DNA of 64,000 bases. Origin: Proteiniphilum sp. UBA5283. GTDB taxonomy: Bacteria; Bacteroidota; Bacteroidia; Bacteroidales; Dysgonomonadaceae. Where the stretch lies: assembly GCA_002408485.1 (NCBI GenBank), contig DHSP01000029.1, positions 1,977 through 65,976 of the forward strand. Direction: 5' to 3'. Each line of letters opens with the position of its first letter. Positions within the stretch are counted from its first letter, which is position 1. The position numbers and the translations under genes were made by a program. Shown here piece by piece: positions 1 through 11,114 of the stretch. The notes under the pieces were generated by a model. That model searched no databases, was not told the origin of the DNA, and saw only the letters and a program-made list of their open reading frames with translations.

Positions 1-894
1 CTCAACACCGTCTTTCAGAAAGTGATGACCCTGAAAGATATCGGAGATCGCCCCACAGTCGCCCGTCACATAACCCTTCATTCCGTATGTCTTTCTGGCA
101 ATGGAGTCGACCAGGAAGATGCTGGCAGATACCGGTGTTCCGTTTACGGCATTGTAAGCCGTCATGATGGAAGGGAGATTCTCCTTCTCAATCAGCGACT
201 TGTAGGGGCTGAGATAGAACTCGCGCATATCCCGTTCATCGAGCTCCGAGTTGCCGTTATGACGGTTGTACTCGGTGTTGTTGGCAATATAGTGCTTGCC
301 GGTCGGCACCGTTTTGAGATACCTGGGATCATCGCCCATCATCCCTTTCACAAAGCCACTTGCCAGTGCGGAAACCAGGAAGGGGTCCTCGCTGTAGCTC
401 TCGGCGGTACGGCCCCAGCGTGGGTCTCTGGCCGGTTCAATTACGGGTGACCAGTAGGTGAGAGTGAAGATTCGCTCATTGTTGAATCCCCGAGCCTCAT
501 CTGCAATCACGGAAGCCTCTTTTTGAATCAGTTCCGGATCCCAGGTGCTGCCCACGGCAATGCTGTTGGGAAATGAGGTGGCAGTCATCCCGGCATTGTT
601 GTTTCGGCCTACTACCCCGTGTAGTGCCTCGCCCCACACATCGTATTTGTTGATACCCAGGCGGGGTACCGGTGACATGGTGTTTCCCAGCAGCGTCTGT
701 TTCTCCTCTGGTGTTAGTCGCGAGACAAGGTCAGCCGCTCTCTCTTCAAATGTGTAGGAGGTGTTGAGATAAATAGGCTGCTCGTTGGCTCTGCCCGGGA
801 TTTGGGCCGGCGAAAGGATGGTAAAAAGAACCAGCAGGCAACTGCTGACGACAGTCTGCCTTATGGTGTTGTTAACCTGTGTTCTGTGTTTCAT
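1..894 (-). CDS. GH3 beta-xylosidase/beta-glucosidase, N-terminal part (3' end lies outside the window)
   Basis: Not in the ORF track because it has no stop in the window. Manual translation from ATG at 894 gives MKHRTQVNN..., then a signal-like stretch, FEERAADLVSRLT, PRLGINKYDVWGEALHGV, WSPVIEPARDPRWGRTAESYSEDP, KHYIANN and the nucleophile motif YVTGDCGAI. Confidence 0.93.
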   Translation of the reverse strand, partial: MKHRTQVNNTIRQTVVSSCLLVLFTILSPAQIPGRANEQPIYLNTSYTFEERAADLVSRLTPEEKQTLLGNTMSPVPRLGINKYDVWGEALHGVVGRNNNAGMTATSFPNSIAVGSTWDPELIQKEASVIADEARGFNNERIFTLTYWSPVIEPARDPRWGRTAESYSEDPFLVSALASGFVKGMMGDDPRYLKTVPTGKHYIANNTEYNRHNGNSELDERDMREFYLSPYKSLIEKENLPSIMTAYNAVNGTPVSASIFLVDSIARKTYGMKGYVTGDCGAISDIFQGHHFLKDGVE

Positions 895-934
895 CTTGTT
901 TGTCTTTTTTGTTTGTGGTGACCGGTGTGCGAAT

Positions 935-3364
935 TCACCGTTGCTCTTTTCTTATGCGATACTTTTTTCCCGCATCCGTCATAAGATCGTACTCATATAC
1001 TTTCCGTAGATTACTATTTTCAGCCACAACAGCCTCTTCACTGATCAGGGGCGCTTTTACCGCTGCTTTTTGAAAAAGGGGATTTGGGTTTTTGCCCGAG
1101 GCAGCTACAAGCCCCTTCCCTTCCAGTGGTACATAGGAGCGGATACGCAGGTTCCCTCCTAGCTTTGAGATAAATGTGGCCTGTTGCATTTCACCCTCCT
1201 TCCATTGCATGCTTACTTCAAACCCTCCGCGGGCAAGAATGCCCGAAACAGAGCCGTTGTCCCATACCTCCGGCAGTGCCGGCAACAGGTGAACGGCCTC
1301 ATCGTGACTCTGTACAAGCATTTCAGCCACACCTGCCGTTAGTCCGAAATTTCCATCGATCTGAAAGGGAGGGTGTGCTGTGAACAGGTTGGGATAGGTT
1401 CTTCCATTCCTGTGTTCGCCGGCGCCGGCCAGTGTCAGCATGTTTTGTATGATTTTGTAGGCATGATTTCCATCAAGAAGGCGGGCCCAGAGGTTTACTT
1501 TCCAGCCGATGGACCAGCCTGTAGCCTGATCACCGCGATAAATCAGCGACATTTTTGCAGCATCAAACAGTTCCGGGGTGGTATAGGGGGAAATCTGATT
1601 CCCCGGATAGAGACCATATAGATGAGAGACATGGCGGTGTTCGTTTTTGGGGTCGTCCACATCTTCCAACCACTCCTGTAGCTGGGAATGTTTGCCAATC
1701 TGCATGGGAGGCAGCTTGTCTGCCATATCCCGCAACTGCCTGCTGTATTGTGGATCCCTGCCCAGAAGATCGTTTGCTGTCGCTGTACGCGTAAAAAGAT
1801 CAAAGAGGAGCTGGTTATCCATCGTGGTGCCTGCCGTCACGGGACCTTGTTCCGGCGACACGGAAGGGCTCACCACCATCCATCCATTATCGGGATGTTT
1901 TATCAGTGTGGAAAGGAAAAAGTCGGAAGCCCCTTTCATCACAGGGAAATATCTGTCTAAAAGTTTTTTATTGCCCGTAAACAGGTAATGTTCCCACAGA
2001 TGCTGGCAAAGCCAGGCACCTCCGGTAGGCCACATCCCCGCAGCAGCAAAGTCCACCGGTCCGGTGATTCTCCACAGGTCGGTATTGTGGTGTACCACCC
2101 ACCCGTCGGCATTGTACATGGTTCGAGCGGTTTGTTGACCGGTGTGACTCAACTCTTCAATCATCCGGAACAGTGGTTCGTGGGTCTCTGACAGATTGGT
2201 CACTTCTGCCGGCCAGTAATTCATTTCGGCATTGATATTGAGCGTGTATTTGCTGTCCCATGCCGGATAGATGGAGTTGCACCATATGCCCTGCAGGTTT
2301 GCCGGTTGTCCCCCAGGTTGAGAAGAGGAGATGAGCAGGTAGCGGCCGAATTGGGTCAGCAACGCCACTAACGCCGGATCCTGTGTTTCCTTGAAGGCAG
2401 CGATTCTTTGCGTTGTTGTCATCGCAGTGTTGTGGTGCAACTGGCCCAGATCGAGTTTGAAACGGTGAAACTGTCTGCTATAAAGGTTGATATGTCTTTT
2501 CAAGGCATCCTGATACTTCTTCTTTGAGGCAGCTTCCAGCAACCCGGATGCCGTTGTGGCAGGATCCCTGTCGAGTGCGTTGTAATCGCGGAAGTTGGTG
2601 CCAATTGAGATATATACAATCGCTTCCGTTGCATTGGTCACACGGATTCTGTTCCCGATGACTTCCACCTTTCCCTCTTTCTGCTCAATTCCTGTATGTA
2701 TTTCATAGTCAATTTTGCCCGGGATGCCTTCGTGGTCGCCCCCCCGGCCTCTAAGCACCAGCCTGTTGTCCCTCTTTTCGACAGAGTGTTGCGAAGGGTT
2801 CTGGTAGGTAGCATCAAAATTGAGACTCCTTTTTTTGTCAGCCGTAAGGCGCATGATGATCACATCATCGGCAAAGGAGGAAAACAGTTCTCGTGTGAAG
2901 GTAACACCGTTAACCGTATACCGGGTGGTGGCGACAGCTTTGTTCAGGTCGAGTTCCCGGTAATAGTCCCGCACATCCTGGTGATCTTCAAAATGGAGCA
3001 ACAGACTGCCGGCAGTCTGGTAAGGCATACCATGGGGACCGCCAAAAAAAGTTTCGTTGATCAGTTTATCGGCCTCACCGTTTTTTTTCTGAAAAATTAA
3101 CTTCTGCACTTCCGGTAATGCATTGGCTGCTTTGGGGTTGTCGTTTCGGTGGGGCGATCCTCCCCAGATGGTCTCTTCGTTCAGTTGTATTTCTTCTCGC
3201 TGTGGAGAGCCGTAGACCATTGCTCCCAGCCTTGAGTTACCTAACGGGAGGGCTTCCTCCCAAACGGAAGCCGGTGTGTTGTACCACAACTTCAGCTCCT
3301 GTGCCGGTAGATGAATCGAAAAAAGGAAAAACAGTGTCGAGAAAAATAAGTGTATCCTGTTCAT
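935..3364 (-). CDS. GH95 alpha-L-fucosidase/alpha-L-galactosidase
   Basis: Motifs [63 protein letters not shown] and [11 protein letters not shown]. Start moved to MNRIHLFF (3364), which gives a signal peptide. Confidence 0.95.
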   Translation of the reverse strand: MNRIHLFFSTLFFLFSIHLPAQELKLWYNTPASVWEEALPLGNSRLGAMVYGSPQREEIQLNEETIWGGSPHRNDNPKAANALPEVQKLIFQKKNGEADKLINETFFGGPHGMPYQTAGSLLLHFEDHQDVRDYYRELDLNKAVATTRYTVNGVTFTRELFSSFADDVIIMRLTADKKRSLNFDATYQNPSQHSVEKRDNRLVLRGRGGDHEGIPGKIDYEIHTGIEQKEGKVEVIGNRIRVTNATEAIVYISIGTNFRDYNALDRDPATTASGLLEAASKKKYQDALKRHINLYSRQFHRFKLDLGQLHHNTAMTTTQRIAAFKETQDPALVALLTQFGRYLLISSSQPGGQPANLQGIWCNSIYPAWDSKYTLNINAEMNYWPAEVTNLSETHEPLFRMIEELSHTGQQTARTMYNADGWVVHHNTDLWRITGPVDFAAAGMWPTGGAWLCQHLWEHYLFTGNKKLLDRYFPVMKGASDFFLSTLIKHPDNGWMVVSPSVSPEQGPVTAGTTMDNQLLFDLFTRTATANDLLGRDPQYSRQLRDMADKLPPMQIGKHSQLQEWLEDVDDPKNEHRHVSHLYGLYPGNQISPYTTPELFDAAKMSLIYRGDQATGWSIGWKVNLWARLLDGNHAYKIIQNMLTLAGAGEHRNGRTYPNLFTAHPPFQIDGNFGLTAGVAEMLVQSHDEAVHLLPALPEVWDNGSVSGILARGGFEVSMQWKEGEMQQATFISKLGGNLRIRSYVPLEGKGLVAASGKNPNPLFQKAAVKAPLISEEAVVAENSNLRKVYEYDLMTDAGKKYRIRKEQR

Positions 3365-3381
3365 AAGATATGTTGTTGTAT

Positions 3382-5301
3382 TTATTTGATTATTGCTACA
3401 AACCCACCACGAGGCGCACAATCCACTCCTATGATGGCAGGGAAATCAGACAGGTTGGATCCCTCTTCAATTGTGAAACTCCTTTCTTCGGCCCCGTCTT
3501 TGAAAAGGGTGATTGTTTTGTTTGTCCCGGACAACACGGCTGTCCGGAAAGACAGTGTCTGGGGTGCATCGGTACCGTTGAGTCCGCCAATATACCAGGT
3601 ATGTCCTTTTCGTCGTGCCAGCACGACCGACTCACCCGGGTAGCCGGCGAGCAGCTTTGTCTCATCCCACGATGTTGGCAAACTGGAGAGAAACTCTTTG
3701 ACAGGTTCCGGAAGGGAACAATAGGATTCAGGACGGTCCGGCATGTGTTGCAGTGCCGACTCGAAAACAACTGTCAGTGCCAACTCATGACCGTGGGAGG
3801 TGATGTGAGGATGCTGAGAATCGCTAAAGGTGCCGGGAGTATAATCCATCGGGCCCACCACGTTCCTGGTGAAAGGCAGCGTTGTATTGTGTTTTGCTGC
3901 CCTGTCTGTCAGGATCGGCCTGTTGTTGTACCATTCTGCTCCGTAAACCGCCTCCACGGTCATCATATGGGGGTAGGTCCTTTGCCATCCCCGTGGGAGT
4001 GTAGCACCATGGAAGTTGATCAAGAGCCTGTGGTCGATAGCGTCTTCCAGCAGGTCGATGTAGTAATTCATCTCCTCATGTCCGTCGCCGTTGAAGAAGT
4101 CGACCTTGATGCCGGATACGCCCATCTCTTTCAGTTTCCGGTATTCGTTGATCCTGCTCTCTTTTCCGTTCAGTACATACAGGGGACCCGGTGCCCCTTC
4201 ACCATTCCAGCTGGTAGATGAGTTGTACCACAACAGGGTTTTGATCCCCTTTGCAGCTGCATATTGTACAGCATCATTGACAGTGCCGCCGTTGCGCATC
4301 TCATTCCATTTCCAGTCGATCAGGTTGTAAGGCCAGTTCATCTCTGCGGCCAGATCGATATACTTCTTTACAATTTGGTAATCGTTCGATCCATTGTTGT
4401 AAGCCCAGTATATCCAGGCTACAGGCCCCGGGCTGATCCAGCCGGTGTCGGCTACTTTTGATTGTTCCGATACATCTGTAACCAGCGTTGACTCGACAAT
4501 ATCAGCCAGACTTCCGATGATCAACACCCGCCATGGCGACAACCATGTACCCCGGACGGGAAGTGCCTTGTCGGCCAGCAGTACGCGATATGCGCTGCTG
4601 TTGGCGGCATTGTTCAGTTGCGATCCGCACTGCCCCCGCTGTATATTTGCTTCGGTGATCAGGACAAAGATGGAGTCGGCCGGTTCCAGCAGCATTGGAT
4701 AAGACCAATGGCTGTTGCTCCTTTGCTGGAGAGTTTCCGGTTCGGAAATCCCGCTTTGGGTGAGTGTGTAGAATCCTTCGTAGTCGATCCGGCTGGGTTG
4801 GCTCCATCGTTTGATTCCCTCCGCAATTGGATAGGTGGTCGCTTCCTCCGCAATTTTTTCCTGCTCCGCGATGCTGCTAAACCGGTACCGGAAGGCAACG
4901 CCATCGTTGTAAGCTCGTACAATGAGATCCATCGTTTCACCTTTTGGGTTTTCGAAACTGTATATCCGTTCAAATGCGTGGTTGCTGCAGAGTCTTTTTT
5001 TACCGGTAATCATGGTGTACTCTTCCACGACCTCCGAAGGGGATGAAGCAGAAATAAGCCTCATGCTGTCGGTCAGGTTCTGGCTGTCTGTTTTGAGTCC
5101 CGTGAGCAGATTTTCAAAGAGTGTATGGTTGTTGCCATTATTGTTGTAGGTGATGGTCAGGGAAGGCTGGCCAAATGCGTTCCCCTTTGTGACATGTACC
5201 TCGGCCGTGATCTTCCCGTTTGGTGAGGCAACATGGCTCTGACCGTTTGCACAGGGTGTGATGAAGGCAAGTAAGAGTGCCAGTTGTATAAATCGTTGCA
5301 T
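3382..5301 (-). CDS. GH97 glycoside hydrolase, retaining (alpha-galactosidase-type) subgroup
   Basis: Motifs [48 protein letters not shown] and [22 protein letters not shown] carries the Asp typical of retaining GH97 enzymes. Confidence 0.92.
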   Translation of the reverse strand: MQRFIQLALLLAFITPCANGQSHVASPNGKITAEVHVTKGNAFGQPSLTITYNNNGNNHTLFENLLTGLKTDSQNLTDSMRLISASSPSEVVEEYTMITGKKRLCSNHAFERIYSFENPKGETMDLIVRAYNDGVAFRYRFSSIAEQEKIAEEATTYPIAEGIKRWSQPSRIDYEGFYTLTQSGISEPETLQQRSNSHWSYPMLLEPADSIFVLITEANIQRGQCGSQLNNAANSSAYRVLLADKALPVRGTWLSPWRVLIIGSLADIVESTLVTDVSEQSKVADTGWISPGPVAWIYWAYNNGSNDYQIVKKYIDLAAEMNWPYNLIDWKWNEMRNGGTVNDAVQYAAAKGIKTLLWYNSSTSWNGEGAPGPLYVLNGKESRINEYRKLKEMGVSGIKVDFFNGDGHEEMNYYIDLLEDAIDHRLLINFHGATLPRGWQRTYPHMMTVEAVYGAEWYNNRPILTDRAAKHNTTLPFTRNVVGPMDYTPGTFSDSQHPHITSHGHELALTVVFESALQHMPDRPESYCSLPEPVKEFLSSLPTSWDETKLLAGYPGESVVLARRKGHTWYIGGLNGTDAPQTLSFRTAVLSGTNKTITLFKDGAEERSFTIEEGSNLSDFPAIIGVDCAPRGGFVAIIK

Positions 5302-5320
5302 TTAATTTTTCCTTATTCTT

Positions 5321-7951
5321 TCAATTTAATCGTATACTTTTTTGTTTTCCGGAATAGTCGATTGTGACACCTTTTTCAGTCTTGCCGTTCTCTGTGGTGT
5401 TGACAGGATCTACCCGTACCAGCCGGAAACTCCTGGTTTGCTCCATCCCGGGAAAAGCACCTTTTCTGTCTCCGACTGTAAAGGTGGCTTCCGCATCATT
5501 CCATTGCAGCTCAATGGTACTATATTGCCCCTGTTCGTAGTGGTAATTATTCCCTTCGTCCTCATAGAGTGTGAAGCTGGCGTCTCCGCCAGGATAGATC
5601 CGAATCTCCACTGGGTCGTCGGTATGCTGAGACGTGAATTGTTTGACGGGACCCATCGGGATGATGGAGCCTGCTTTGACAAATAACGGAATGGAGGAGA
5701 GGTCGACCGGAATCTCCACATTCACTCCTCCCTGCCACTTTTTTCCGCTTCGGAAGTCAATCCACCCTTTCTTATGCGCAGGAAGATACAGAGACCACTG
5801 TTTGGTTCCTGGTTCGGTGATCGGTACCACAAGGATCGATGGGCCGAACATAAACTGATGTTTTTGTTCCAGCGCTATCCGGTCATGAGCAAAGTCCATC
5901 ACCAGGGGACGCATCAGCGTGGAACCGTTGAAGCTGACACGCGATGATTCCGAGTAAATATAAGGGAGCAGCCGGTAACGCAGATCCAGAAATTTCGAAA
6001 CCACCTTTTCCACTTCTTCGCCATATCGCCAGGGTTCTGTGTTGCTCATGTATCCGTGTACCCTTAGCAAAGGAAAAAAGGTGGCGGTCTGGAACCAGCG
6101 GATAAATAGTTCGTGATAGCCGGGGTTGGAATATTGGTCGCCGGGTCGGAAAAAACCACCCGCATCATAAGTCCACCAGGGAAGACCGGTACTCATCTGT
6201 CCCAGTCCTGCGGTGATCTGGCGCCGCAACGTCTCCCAATCATGTCCCACGTCTCCCGACCAGGTGGCCGTGGCATACCGTTGCATGCCGGAAAAAGCGC
6301 TTCGGGTGAGAATGAAGGCGCGTCTCTGTGCGGGATCATCTTTACGCAGTCCTTCATAAACCGTCCTGTTCACATAGAGTGGATAGACATTACGCAAGAG
6401 TTCTCCTGGCAGGGTGGCGTTGAGAATTTTTCTGTTCTGCAGATCATCATTTTCCGGTTCAGTAGCATCCAACCACCAGGCATCTATCTGGTAGGGAACC
6501 AGTCTTTCAGCAAAGTTTTTCCAGTAGAAGGAGGCAGCTTCGGGGTTGAAGAAGTCAATCCATTCACTGCCAGGAATGTAATACCCCTTTTCCTCCATCT
6601 CTTTGCCCAGCTGGGACTGTTTGTCGATTTTCGACCAGACAGAAATCATCATGCGCATGTTCATGTCATGCAGCTGGCGCACCATGCCGGCCGGGTCGGG
6701 ATAACGATCCTCGTCAAAGCGCATGGCGTTCCAGCCATGTTTTCCCCAGTATTGCCAGTCCTGTACAATCACATCGACGGGTAGACCCTTACTGCGAAAG
6801 GTGCGTGCATTTTCCAGCAGTTCCTCCTGTGTGTGAAAACGTTCCCGGCAATGAATATAGCCAAATGCCCAGAGTGGCAGCATTGGTGCTGGTCCTGTCA
6901 ACTCCCGGTAACTGGCAATGACCTCATCTCCGGAACCGGCAAAGACGGTATAATCGAGAGCTTGAGCCACCGGGGAAAAGAATACGGTCTCATCGGAAAC
7001 AGCTCTCCAGAAAAGCATAGGACGGTCATTCTGTTCTCCCTCAACGGTAACCTCGTGCCTGCCTGCCGTAAGTTCTGCGAGAAGGGAAGTTGTGGGGGGC
7101 AGCCAGATATTATTCACATCCACCAATGTGTCGCCGTCAATGACAAGGTGATGCTTGCGGGCCATCGGTTGTCCCACATCGAGCAGCAGAGCATACCTGC
7201 CGGCAGCGGGAACATTCAGTGTGGCCGTAAAGCGATTCATATTTCTGGTCTCACGTCTGTTGCCGCTCGTACCTGTAGCGTCTACTGTAAAGGTCTCCGT
7301 CCGGTCATGATTGCGTATCAGCGGCAGGGCGTTTTCAGCAGGATTGAATTCTGTAAGCCCGTAATTGTTCCATAAAAGGCCGTATCCTTTATTAGAAAGA
7401 ATAAAGGGGACAGATATCTGGCTGTTTACCTGCGTGAGCCTTCGGGGCAGGCCCTTGATGTTCAGGTGTCCGTCCTGAAATTGCCCGGTTCCAAACAGAT
7501 ATTCGTCCGGTGGTGAGATAAACCGTTGCGTAACATTAAACACCGGGATTTGATCAAGGGTGTCCGGCACCATGATGCGCCCTCCGGCTTTTTCTTTCAG
7601 TATCACATTTCCCTTATGGTCCAGAAAAGAAAGGATGTTTTTTTTCTTGTTATAAACTGCAGTGATCTTATTCATTACCAGTCTGATCGCTTCCGTATCT
7701 TCTCTGACCTTATATGGGGGCGTCGCAACCGATTCCGTATAGACAATATCTTCCGGGTATAGATCTGCACCCGGTTGCCGGTATCTGATGCGGAGGGCAT
7801 TGTCGTTCAGCGGTTCAAGGGTCAGTACGCCTCCGTCTATCTGTATGTTAACCTGGTTGCCGGTATCACTATACGGAAATTTTTCTGGAGAGGTAAACGA
7901 GAGTAGTGTAAAATAGCCGATAAGCAGCAATGTGGATTTATAAAAGGACAT
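5321..7951 (-). CDS. GH31 alpha-xylosidase with an inserted beta-sandwich (PA14-like) region
   Basis: Motifs IVQDWQYW, WWLDATEPE (nucleophile), WSGDV (acid/base), GLPWWTYDAGGF and LRYRLLPYIYS. Extra ~110 aa between WNNYGLTEFNP and LDYTVFAG. Confidence 0.92.
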   Translation of the reverse strand: MSFYKSTLLLIGYFTLLSFTSPEKFPYSDTGNQVNIQIDGGVLTLEPLNDNALRIRYRQPGADLYPEDIVYTESVATPPYKVREDTEAIRLVMNKITAVYNKKKNILSFLDHKGNVILKEKAGGRIMVPDTLDQIPVFNVTQRFISPPDEYLFGTGQFQDGHLNIKGLPRRLTQVNSQISVPFILSNKGYGLLWNNYGLTEFNPAENALPLIRNHDRTETFTVDATGTSGNRRETRNMNRFTATLNVPAAGRYALLLDVGQPMARKHHLVIDGDTLVDVNNIWLPPTTSLLAELTAGRHEVTVEGEQNDRPMLFWRAVSDETVFFSPVAQALDYTVFAGSGDEVIASYRELTGPAPMLPLWAFGYIHCRERFHTQEELLENARTFRSKGLPVDVIVQDWQYWGKHGWNAMRFDEDRYPDPAGMVRQLHDMNMRMMISVWSKIDKQSQLGKEMEEKGYYIPGSEWIDFFNPEAASFYWKNFAERLVPYQIDAWWLDATEPENDDLQNRKILNATLPGELLRNVYPLYVNRTVYEGLRKDDPAQRRAFILTRSAFSGMQRYATATWSGDVGHDWETLRRQITAGLGQMSTGLPWWTYDAGGFFRPGDQYSNPGYHELFIRWFQTATFFPLLRVHGYMSNTEPWRYGEEVEKVVSKFLDLRYRLLPYIYSESSRVSFNGSTLMRPLVMDFAHDRIALEQKHQFMFGPSILVVPITEPGTKQWSLYLPAHKKGWIDFRSGKKWQGGVNVEIPVDLSSIPLFVKAGSIIPMGPVKQFTSQHTDDPVEIRIYPGGDASFTLYEDEGNNYHYEQGQYSTIELQWNDAEATFTVGDRKGAFPGMEQTRSFRLVRVDPVNTTENGKTEKGVTIDYSGKQKSIRLN

Positions 7952-7991
7952 TTTAAAAAATTAAGTTTATTGCGCACAATTCTTTTTTAGC

Positions 7992-8855
7992 TTACTTGTT
8001 CAGGATGACAAGCATCTGTTTAGCATAACGCTCACCCAGCATCCTGTAGCCTTCGCTGGAGAAGTGCAGCCGGTCCGGCCCTGCCTTACATCCTGCGGAA
8101 GAGATGACATAACTGTAGGGTATTACTTCGGGCAACGTCTGAATGATTTCGTTCATCGATGCACAGACCCCCTCCTGATCGGCATGCACCACCTCCCCTG
8201 CGAGCAGAGGAATCGAGTTGGGGGGGAGTCCCACATCTTCAAGGAGGCTGTCATACACTTTTTTCACCTTTTGGGGCCACTCTTTGTCGCCGGTGTTGGA
8301 TTCTCCCTGATGCAGCAGGATCCCTTTAATGATGCCTCCTTTTTGTTGGGCAACATTGGCCATATCCACCAGGCGCTGATAGGGGTTTCCATCATACTCG
8401 GCCACCATATTCTTTAGCCAGCCGGGTGAGGTGGAAACGTAATCCTGATAGTTATCTTTGTCGAAAAGCTCAATTTTACAACCTCCTACTGCTACGTTGA
8501 TTACTCCCACCCTGATGTGAGAGGGAAGTACAGCGGTCATTGCCCTTCCAAAAAAGTCGACAGGCCCGAGGCCGGTATGACAACGCACCAGGGGAGGAGT
8601 GGCTTTGTACCACTCCCCTTTTGTCCGTCCCAGATCGGGACAATCGATTGTCTGGAGTACCCTGAAACGTTCGTCGATGCCGATGGTGTCTTCGGCAGTG
8701 AAGCGCACATGTCCCTCCATATTCGACTGGCCCAGACAAAGGTAAACATGCAGTTCCTCTTTGTTTTCTGCCGTTGCGGCTTTTTTACCTGAACAGCCTG
8801 CACTCATCAGGATGATGACGAGACTGGCTAACGGAAACAATATTTTTGTACGCAT
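7992..8855 (-). CDS. CE6 acetyl xylan esterase (SASA/SGNH fold), lipoprotein
   Basis: Motifs LCLGQSNMEG, GILLHQGESN and DRLHF. Lipobox MSAGC. Confidence 0.92.
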   Translation of the reverse strand: MRTKILFPLASLVIILMSAGCSGKKAATAENKEELHVYLCLGQSNMEGHVRFTAEDTIGIDERFRVLQTIDCPDLGRTKGEWYKATPPLVRCHTGLGPVDFFGRAMTAVLPSHIRVGVINVAVGGCKIELFDKDNYQDYVSTSPGWLKNMVAEYDGNPYQRLVDMANVAQQKGGIIKGILLHQGESNTGDKEWPQKVKKVYDSLLEDVGLPPNSIPLLAGEVVHADQEGVCASMNEIIQTLPEVIPYSYVISSAGCKAGPDRLHFSSEGYRMLGERYAKQMLVILNK

Positions 8856-8951
8856 AGTTTTGTGTGTTTTGTGTAAACTTAAATTATTTCAATTGCATGC
8901 TTTGACTTTTGTAGCGGATTGTCCGTTGCCGGGACCGACAATATCCCCTCC

Positions 8952-11114
8952 TTAGTCGTTTGTAAATGCAATCCGGTATGTTTTGACAACACCGTTGAAG
9001 TCAAAATCGACACTGGCAGTGCCTGTGGGTGAATCAGCCTGCGTTATGTTCACTTTTACCTTCTTGTGGTCCGACGAGGCAGTAACCGTGGGAGCGTTTC
9101 CTGTTCCGAAAGGAAGCTTGAAGGTGGTTTCGTACTGATTGTATCCCACGATGCCATTGGCATTGGTGGACCTAACCGGTGTTTTGGGGAGCTCCACTTT
9201 TTTGCCATTCACTGCAATGGTGACTGATGGAACCACCGGCGGAGTGAGCTTCTTCTTCTTTGCGCTGAAACCCAGTCCAATTAAGTCGAAGAGTTCTGTC
9301 GACCCTTCCCCTTCTGCTACCAGGAAGATGGCATGCTTTTTATCAAGATGATCCACAAACCGGGATACATCTACTGTAAATTGGGTCGTTTCCTGCACTG
9401 CGTTAGCAGGGACAACAATTTCCCCAATTTTTGTTCCTTTCCAGGTTTCGTTCTCCCACGGACCATCGAGCCACACGTTGACCTTGAACGATTTCGATGT
9501 TTTGGGTGTCAGAAACAGGTTGAAGGCTGTTTTGTTTCCTTTTTGGGTACCCTTGAAGGCTTTCAGCCCCTTAGTATCTTTTTTGAGTCCGCCAAAACCG
9601 AAATACTTGTAGCCAATGATATGGCCGTTCTTCACGTTGCCAATGGGCATATGATTGTCCCAGATATCCCATGAATCCTGTTGGATACCACTATCGGACA
9701 GATAACACGCATATCCGGCCGAGTAGTATTGATAGGGGTCAAGGCCGTAGAGGTGAAATCCTTCCGAGGTGACTTCTGCTCCCTTGTATTCTTTACCCTT
9801 GCTGTCTTTGACGTTCCAGACATGGTCGCTGGCATAAGGATCGTATGCTCTGATGGTGACCATTCCTCCTTCCGACACCGGTTTTTCATCCCAGTTCACG
9901 GTGAGGGGTGCCACCATTGCCTGTCGTGCAAATCCGAAACCTCTTGGAGGCCTGTGATAAAAGACATACCACTGATCGTTGATCAATTCGATGCTGCCAT
10001 GTGTGTTGTGACCGGCATAGGATGTTTCAATGGCCGATCCATCTTTGTTCAACACCGGTGCTCTGGAGTCGACCAACACGCCGCCGCTCCTCCAGGGACC
10101 CAACGGCGAGTCGCCCACGGCATAGCGCAGCGTAGAGTTGGAGCTACCCACACCGTATTCCGGCCCGGAATATCCGCTAAAAACTGTGATAAACTTGTTC
10201 CCCACTTTGCGGATGGAGGATGCTTCAAAAAAGTTAAATGTTTTGAGATCCTGATCAGGAAATATCTGTGGGTATTTGGTGCCCTCAGGATCGCGTATCA
10301 CGCCGTATCTTGCACTGGCAGGAATGAAGTAGCTGATTACTTCTGTCCCCGGCCTGAGTGAATACATGGTATTCTGATCCAGCTGGGCTGCCAATGATCT
10401 TTGAAAACCCCAGTATGCGTACGCTCTGAAGCCGATCTCATAATCCGGATCATTCGGATCGGTTACATATTCAACATAAACAGCAGGGTCAAAGCCCAGA
10501 ATGCTACCCTCGACGGTTCTTGTGCCGTCTTCGGTCAGATTAATGGGGGTAAAAGGTCCGTCGGGCCGGCTTCCTTTGGCGACCATTGCTTCCCTGCGTG
10601 GTCCGCGGCTGTGCGGATAGAGGTAATACTCTTTTGTGCCATCCTTCTTTTTCACTTCCACCAGGTCCGGAGCATACATCACGTCCCATTGATCGTTGAC
10701 AGTATAGGTGAATACAGGACCTTCGTCACGCCACAGGGAAAGGTCCTCCACAGGTGCCGACCAGATCCTGATGTCCGGACCGCAGTAACTGGTAAACCGC
10801 ACATCGTGTGAACCAATGATGTAAGCGCGGTATCTGCCTGGATTGTCGGGATCTTCAAAAACACGGGGTTCCCCATCGGGCAGATGCTCCCAGAGCGGAA
10901 GATAAGGGTTTCCCGCTCCATGGTGTACGAACTTTTTTTGTGCCTTGCTCTGCGGGTAAGGGTTGTTTTGTCCCAATCCCACAACAGTGGAAAAGATGAA
11001 CAGCGTGATACTCAGTAAAATTAACTTCTTGTTTTTTGGAGAAAATCGTAAATTCTTCATCAATGTTAAATTATTATGTGATACAATCATTTTATGTTTA
11101 CTCATTTGTTTCAC
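8952..11114 (-). CDS. GH43-type five-bladed beta-propeller hydrolase with C-terminal beta-sandwich domains (subfamily uncertain)
   Basis: Motifs NPYLPLWEHLPDGEPRVF, MYAPD, GFDPAV, NFFEASSIRK and NTHGSIELINDQWYVFYHR. The GTG start overlaps the upstream GH115 stop (GTGA); an alternative ATG lies at 11060. Confidence 0.8.
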   Translation of the reverse strand: MKQMSKHKMIVSHNNLTLMKNLRFSPKNKKLILLSITLFIFSTVVGLGQNNPYPQSKAQKKFVHHGAGNPYLPLWEHLPDGEPRVFEDPDNPGRYRAYIIGSHDVRFTSYCGPDIRIWSAPVEDLSLWRDEGPVFTYTVNDQWDVMYAPDLVEVKKKDGTKEYYLYPHSRGPRREAMVAKGSRPDGPFTPINLTEDGTRTVEGSILGFDPAVYVEYVTDPNDPDYEIGFRAYAYWGFQRSLAAQLDQNTMYSLRPGTEVISYFIPASARYGVIRDPEGTKYPQIFPDQDLKTFNFFEASSIRKVGNKFITVFSGYSGPEYGVGSSNSTLRYAVGDSPLGPWRSGGVLVDSRAPVLNKDGSAIETSYAGHNTHGSIELINDQWYVFYHRPPRGFGFARQAMVAPLTVNWDEKPVSEGGMVTIRAYDPYASDHVWNVKDSKGKEYKGAEVTSEGFHLYGLDPYQYYSAGYACYLSDSGIQQDSWDIWDNHMPIGNVKNGHIIGYKYFGFGGLKKDTKGLKAFKGTQKGNKTAFNLFLTPKTSKSFKVNVWLDGPWENETWKGTKIGEIVVPANAVQETTQFTVDVSRFVDHLDKKHAIFLVAEGEGSTELFDLIGLGFSAKKKKLTPPVVPSVTIAVNGKKVELPKTPVRSTNANGIVGYNQYETTFKLPFGTGNAPTVTASSDHKKVKVNITQADSPTGTASVDFDFNGVVKTYRIAFTND

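Noticed and set aside
22-1073. Plus-strand ORFs 22-450, 545-757, 785-1009 and 879-1073
   Set aside because: Antisense shadows of the GH3 and GH95 genes with no recognisable motifs.
8856-8905. Possible fifth, degenerate copy of the hairpin element before CE6
   Set aside because: Only short AT-rich matches to copy A, no GCGAG arm, and the distance to the start codon is about 20 nt rather than 35-39.
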